Below are positions 25,938-28,366 of a DNA stretch of 28,366 nt, one piece after another. Source of the DNA: a virus (lineage: Duplodnaviria > Caudoviricetes); the IMG/VR virus record IMGVR_UViG_3300032219_000562, positions 1 through 28,366 of that record. One strand, written 5' to 3'. A program made the translations under genes and the position numbers. Position 1 is the stretch's first letter. Each line of letters begins with the position of its first letter. Below the pieces are notes generated by a model. That model was not told the origin of the DNA, searched no databases, and saw only the letters and a list, made by a program, of their open reading frames with translations.

Positions 25938-26855
25938 ATGAGAATAATAGATAATTTTTTGTTTCATTCCGAGTATGATTTACTTGAGTTGCGATTAGAA
26001 ACAATGTATCCTTATGTGGATTACTTTGTTATAGTGGAATCTGACCACACATTTTCTGAGATACCAAAAGAATATAACTTAGAAAAAAATATGGTAAGAT
26101 ATGAAAAATGGAAAGATAAAATTCTTTACGTTAAAGTGAATCAACCAAAAAGTGGTGAAACAGTAGTTAACAGAGACAGAGCATTTGCCAATGAAGATTG
26201 GACAAGAAATCAATTTAAAATAGGATGGGATCAAATTGGACTAAAAGATAATGATATTCTAATCATCTCAGATTGTGATGAAATTATTCGTCCAGAAACA
26301 CTTTTGTTTATGAGAGAAAATTCATATGATTACTATGCATTGATGGCTCCTATATTTAATTTTAAATTTAATTATTTAAATACCGTAAATGAATACACAG
26401 TTTGGCCAACGGCATATAGATATTATAGTAATCTTTCATATACACCATCTGCTATGAGAAGATCAGCAATTGAGCGTGAAAGATTTAAATACAAATTTCA
26501 AGAAGTAACAAATACATTTAGACCAATTACATCTGTGTTGTTACATCACGCTGCATGGCATTTTAGTTCTTTTGGTAGTGATGACTTTATTAAAAATAAA
26601 TTAAAGAGTTATTCTCATACAGAATTTAATAATTCAGAACACATTGATAATGTGAATATTGATAAACATATTAATGAAAATAAAAATCATATAAATCAAA
26701 ATTCTGGGTCTTGGAAAAAAGTTAAATTTGATGATTATTTTCCAAAAGCAATCTTAAACAACATTGAAAAATATAAAGCACACATTTTAGAAGCTGATGA
26801 TTGCGAAACCGTTTTTAATTACTATGGTCAAAGAATATTAGATAAGGAAATTTGA
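25938..26855 (+). CDS. Glycosyltransferase, GT17 (MGAT3/GnT-III-like)
   Basis: IID.FLF..E.DLLELRL....YVDYFVIVES..TFS..PK, DxD motif IISDCDEI, WHFS and KL.SYSH.E match the GT17 pattern. The ATG at 25938 follows the g55 stop. Confidence 0.8.
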   Translation: MRIIDNFLFHSEYDLLELRLETMYPYVDYFVIVESDHTFSEIPKEYNLEKNMVRYEKWKDKILYVKVNQPKSGETVVNRDRAFANEDWTRNQFKIGWDQIGLKDNDILIISDCDEIIRPETLLFMRENSYDYYALMAPIFNFKFNYLNTVNEYTVWPTAYRYYSNLSYTPSAMRRSAIERERFKYKFQEVTNTFRPITSVLLHHAAWHFSSFGSDDFIKNKLKSYSHTEFNNSEHIDNVNIDKHINENKNHINQNSGSWKKVKFDDYFPKAILNNIEKYKAHILEADDCETVFNYYGQRILDKEI

Positions 26856-26856
26856 T

Positions 26857-27318
26857 ATGAAAATTGGATTTAATTGTAGCACATTTGACTTGTTTCATGC
26901 TGGACATGTTACTATGCTCAAAGAAGAAAAACGACATTGTGACTATTTAATTGTGGCTATTCAAGTTGACCCAACAGTAGATCGTCCAGATACCAAAAAC
27001 AAACCAATCATGTCGGTGTATGAAAGATATGTGTGTGTTTCAGCATGTCGTTATGTGGATGAAGTTATTGTATATCATACTGAAGATGACTTATTGAATA
27101 TGTTAAAAACTCAACATATTGATATTCGTTTTCTTGGTGATGAATATAAAACAAAAGACTTTACCGGTAAACAGTGGTGTTTAGATCGTGGTATTGAGTT
27201 GCATTATCATGAAAGAGAACATCCTTATAGCAGTTCGTCTTTACGTAAACGTGTATATGATGGAGAAGTATTGAGAATGAAAAAGATGAATAAGGAATAT
27301 GACGAATGTCTAAAGTAG
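26857..27318 (+). CDS. Cytidylyltransferase-family nucleotidyltransferase (TagD/glycerol-3-phosphate cytidylyltransferase-like)
   Basis: HIGH-type motif FDLFHAGHV, LIVA, KP.....ER, YVDEV and C-terminal R.H.YSSS.LR. Confidence 0.85.
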   Translation: MKIGFNCSTFDLFHAGHVTMLKEEKRHCDYLIVAIQVDPTVDRPDTKNKPIMSVYERYVCVSACRYVDEVIVYHTEDDLLNMLKTQHIDIRFLGDEYKTKDFTGKQWCLDRGIELHYHEREHPYSSSSLRKRVYDGEVLRMKKMNKEYDECLK

Positions 27319-28366
27319 CAATAATCACGGATCAACATTTTGGGGCTAGAAATGACGCTCTTGTATTTTTGGACTATTATGAAAAATTTTACAGAGAAAC
27401 TTTTTTTCCAAAATTAAGAGAAGAAGGTATACGCCAAGTATTAATACTTGGTGATACTTTTGATAGAAGAAAGTACGTAAACTTCTACACATTAAAAAGA
27501 ACCAAAGAGATGTTCTTCGATATTTTAAATGAAGAAGGTATTGAAGTATTCATGTTAGCTGGTAATCATGATACATATTTCAAGAATACCAATGATGTTA
27601 ATTCGGTCGATTTGCTACTACAAGAATATGGTAACATTCATGTGATTGATAGCCCAGAACATATTCATGTAGGTTCACATCAAATTTGTATGATACCATG
27701 GATATGTTCAGATAATTATGATGAAGCTATGCAGTTCATTAAAGAGTCAACTTCTGATATCTGTATGGGTCATTTTGAAATTGCAGGGTTTGCAATGCAT
27801 AAAGGAATGCCATCAGAAGAAGGATTAAATCGTGAAATTTTCCGCAAGTTTGAATTTACTTTTAGTGGGCACTATCATCATAAATCTTCTGCTAATGGGA
27901 TTTACTACTTGGGTAACCCATATGAACTTACATGGCAAGACTATAAGGATCCTCGTGGTTTCCATATTTTTGATCTTGATACTCGACACCTTGTATTTGT
28001 TGAGAACCCTAATGTAATGTTTCATAAAATTGTCTATGACGATAAAGAAGCAGAAATCAAAGAATTAACTAATTATGATATGACACCATATACCAATAAG
28101 TTTGTCAAGGTTGTGGTATTGAACAAAGCTAATCCATACTTGTTCGATGTATTCATCAACAATCTTTACCAAACAAACCCAGCCGATATTACCATTGTTG
28201 AGGACTTTACAGACTTGACAGAAGGTGTTAATGATGATATAATTGATCAAGCTGAGGATACTCTTACTATCTTAAACAATTATGTGGATGCAATCCAAGA
28301 TGATAGTTTAGATGCCAGCAAACTAAAAAACATTCTTAAAGAACTTTACGTAGAAGCGATCAATAC
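27306..28366 (+). CDS. g47: Recombination endonuclease subunit gp47 (Mre11/SbcD-like), 3'-truncated by the window edge; not in the ORF track
   Basis: ATG at 27306 after TAAGGA. MSKVAIITDQHFGARND, LGDTFDRRK, AGNHD, MGHFE and SGHYHH are metallophosphoesterase motifs. The frame appears open to the window end (LKELYVEAI). Confidence 0.95.
   Translation, partial: MSKVAIITDQHFGARNDALVFLDYYEKFYRETFFPKLREEGIRQVLILGDTFDRRKYVNFYTLKRTKEMFFDILNEEGIEVFMLAGNHDTYFKNTNDVNSVDLLLQEYGNIHVIDSPEHIHVGSHQICMIPWICSDNYDEAMQFIKESTSDICMGHFEIAGFAMHKGMPSEEGLNREIFRKFEFTFSGHYHHKSSANGIYYLGNPYELTWQDYKDPRGFHIFDLDTRHLVFVENPNVMFHKIVYDDKEAEIKELTNYDMTPYTNKFVKVVVLNKANPYLFDVFINNLYQTNPADITIVEDFTDLTEGVNDDIIDQAEDTLTILNNYVDAIQDDSLDASKLKNILKELYVEAIN

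Noticed and set aside
6147-28250. Other short minus-strand and out-of-frame ORFs in the track (e.g. 10873..11244, 12199..12525, 17214..17507, 24650..24850, 27832..28017)
   Set aside because: They lie wholly or largely within well-supported genes, including g47, which the track missed, and show no recognisable motifs.
1-28366. CRISPR array, tRNA or rRNA genes
   Set aside because: Intergenic gaps are all under about 100 nt, no repeat-spacer periodicity or cloverleaf was seen, and the repeats found are coding.

Overview
An AT-rich segment of a T4-like myovirus genome. All supported genes are on the + strand, and the gene order resembles cyanophage and environmental T4-like phages. It begins inside a repeat-rich tail-fibre-like gene, followed by a cupin gene with an in-frame TAA, a small ORF and a glycine-rich virion protein. 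The conserved morphogenesis block follows: g13-g14-g15, two inserted fibre/adhesin-like genes, g16, two inserted histidine-rich genes, then g17-g18-g19-g20-(g67-like)-ORF-ORF-g21-g22-g23-g3. The last block is uvsY-uvsW-ORF(Sm-like?)-g55-GT17-like glycosyltransferase-cytidylyltransferase-g47, with g47 running off the end. Two genes missing from the ORF track were added: the g67-like ORF (18087..18263) and g47 (27306..end). Regulatory signals include T4-type late promoters (TATAAATA and variants), two intrinsic terminators and two consensus sigma70 promoters that face each other across uvsY-uvsW-ORF. The strongest leads are: (1) a perfect antisense sigma70 promoter just upstream of g55, with a short hydrophobic ORF behind it; (2) histidine-rich proteins, including a HAD phosphatase, with T4 capsid-targeting-like N-termini; (3) a glycosyltransferase plus nucleotidyltransferase pair in the g55-g47 interval, where T4 carries its DNA alpha-glucosyltransferase; (4) DNA-level mosaic repeats shared by two fibre genes; (5) a nonsense codon inside an otherwise intact cupin. 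All assignments rest on motif recognition and synteny by eye; no database searches were run.
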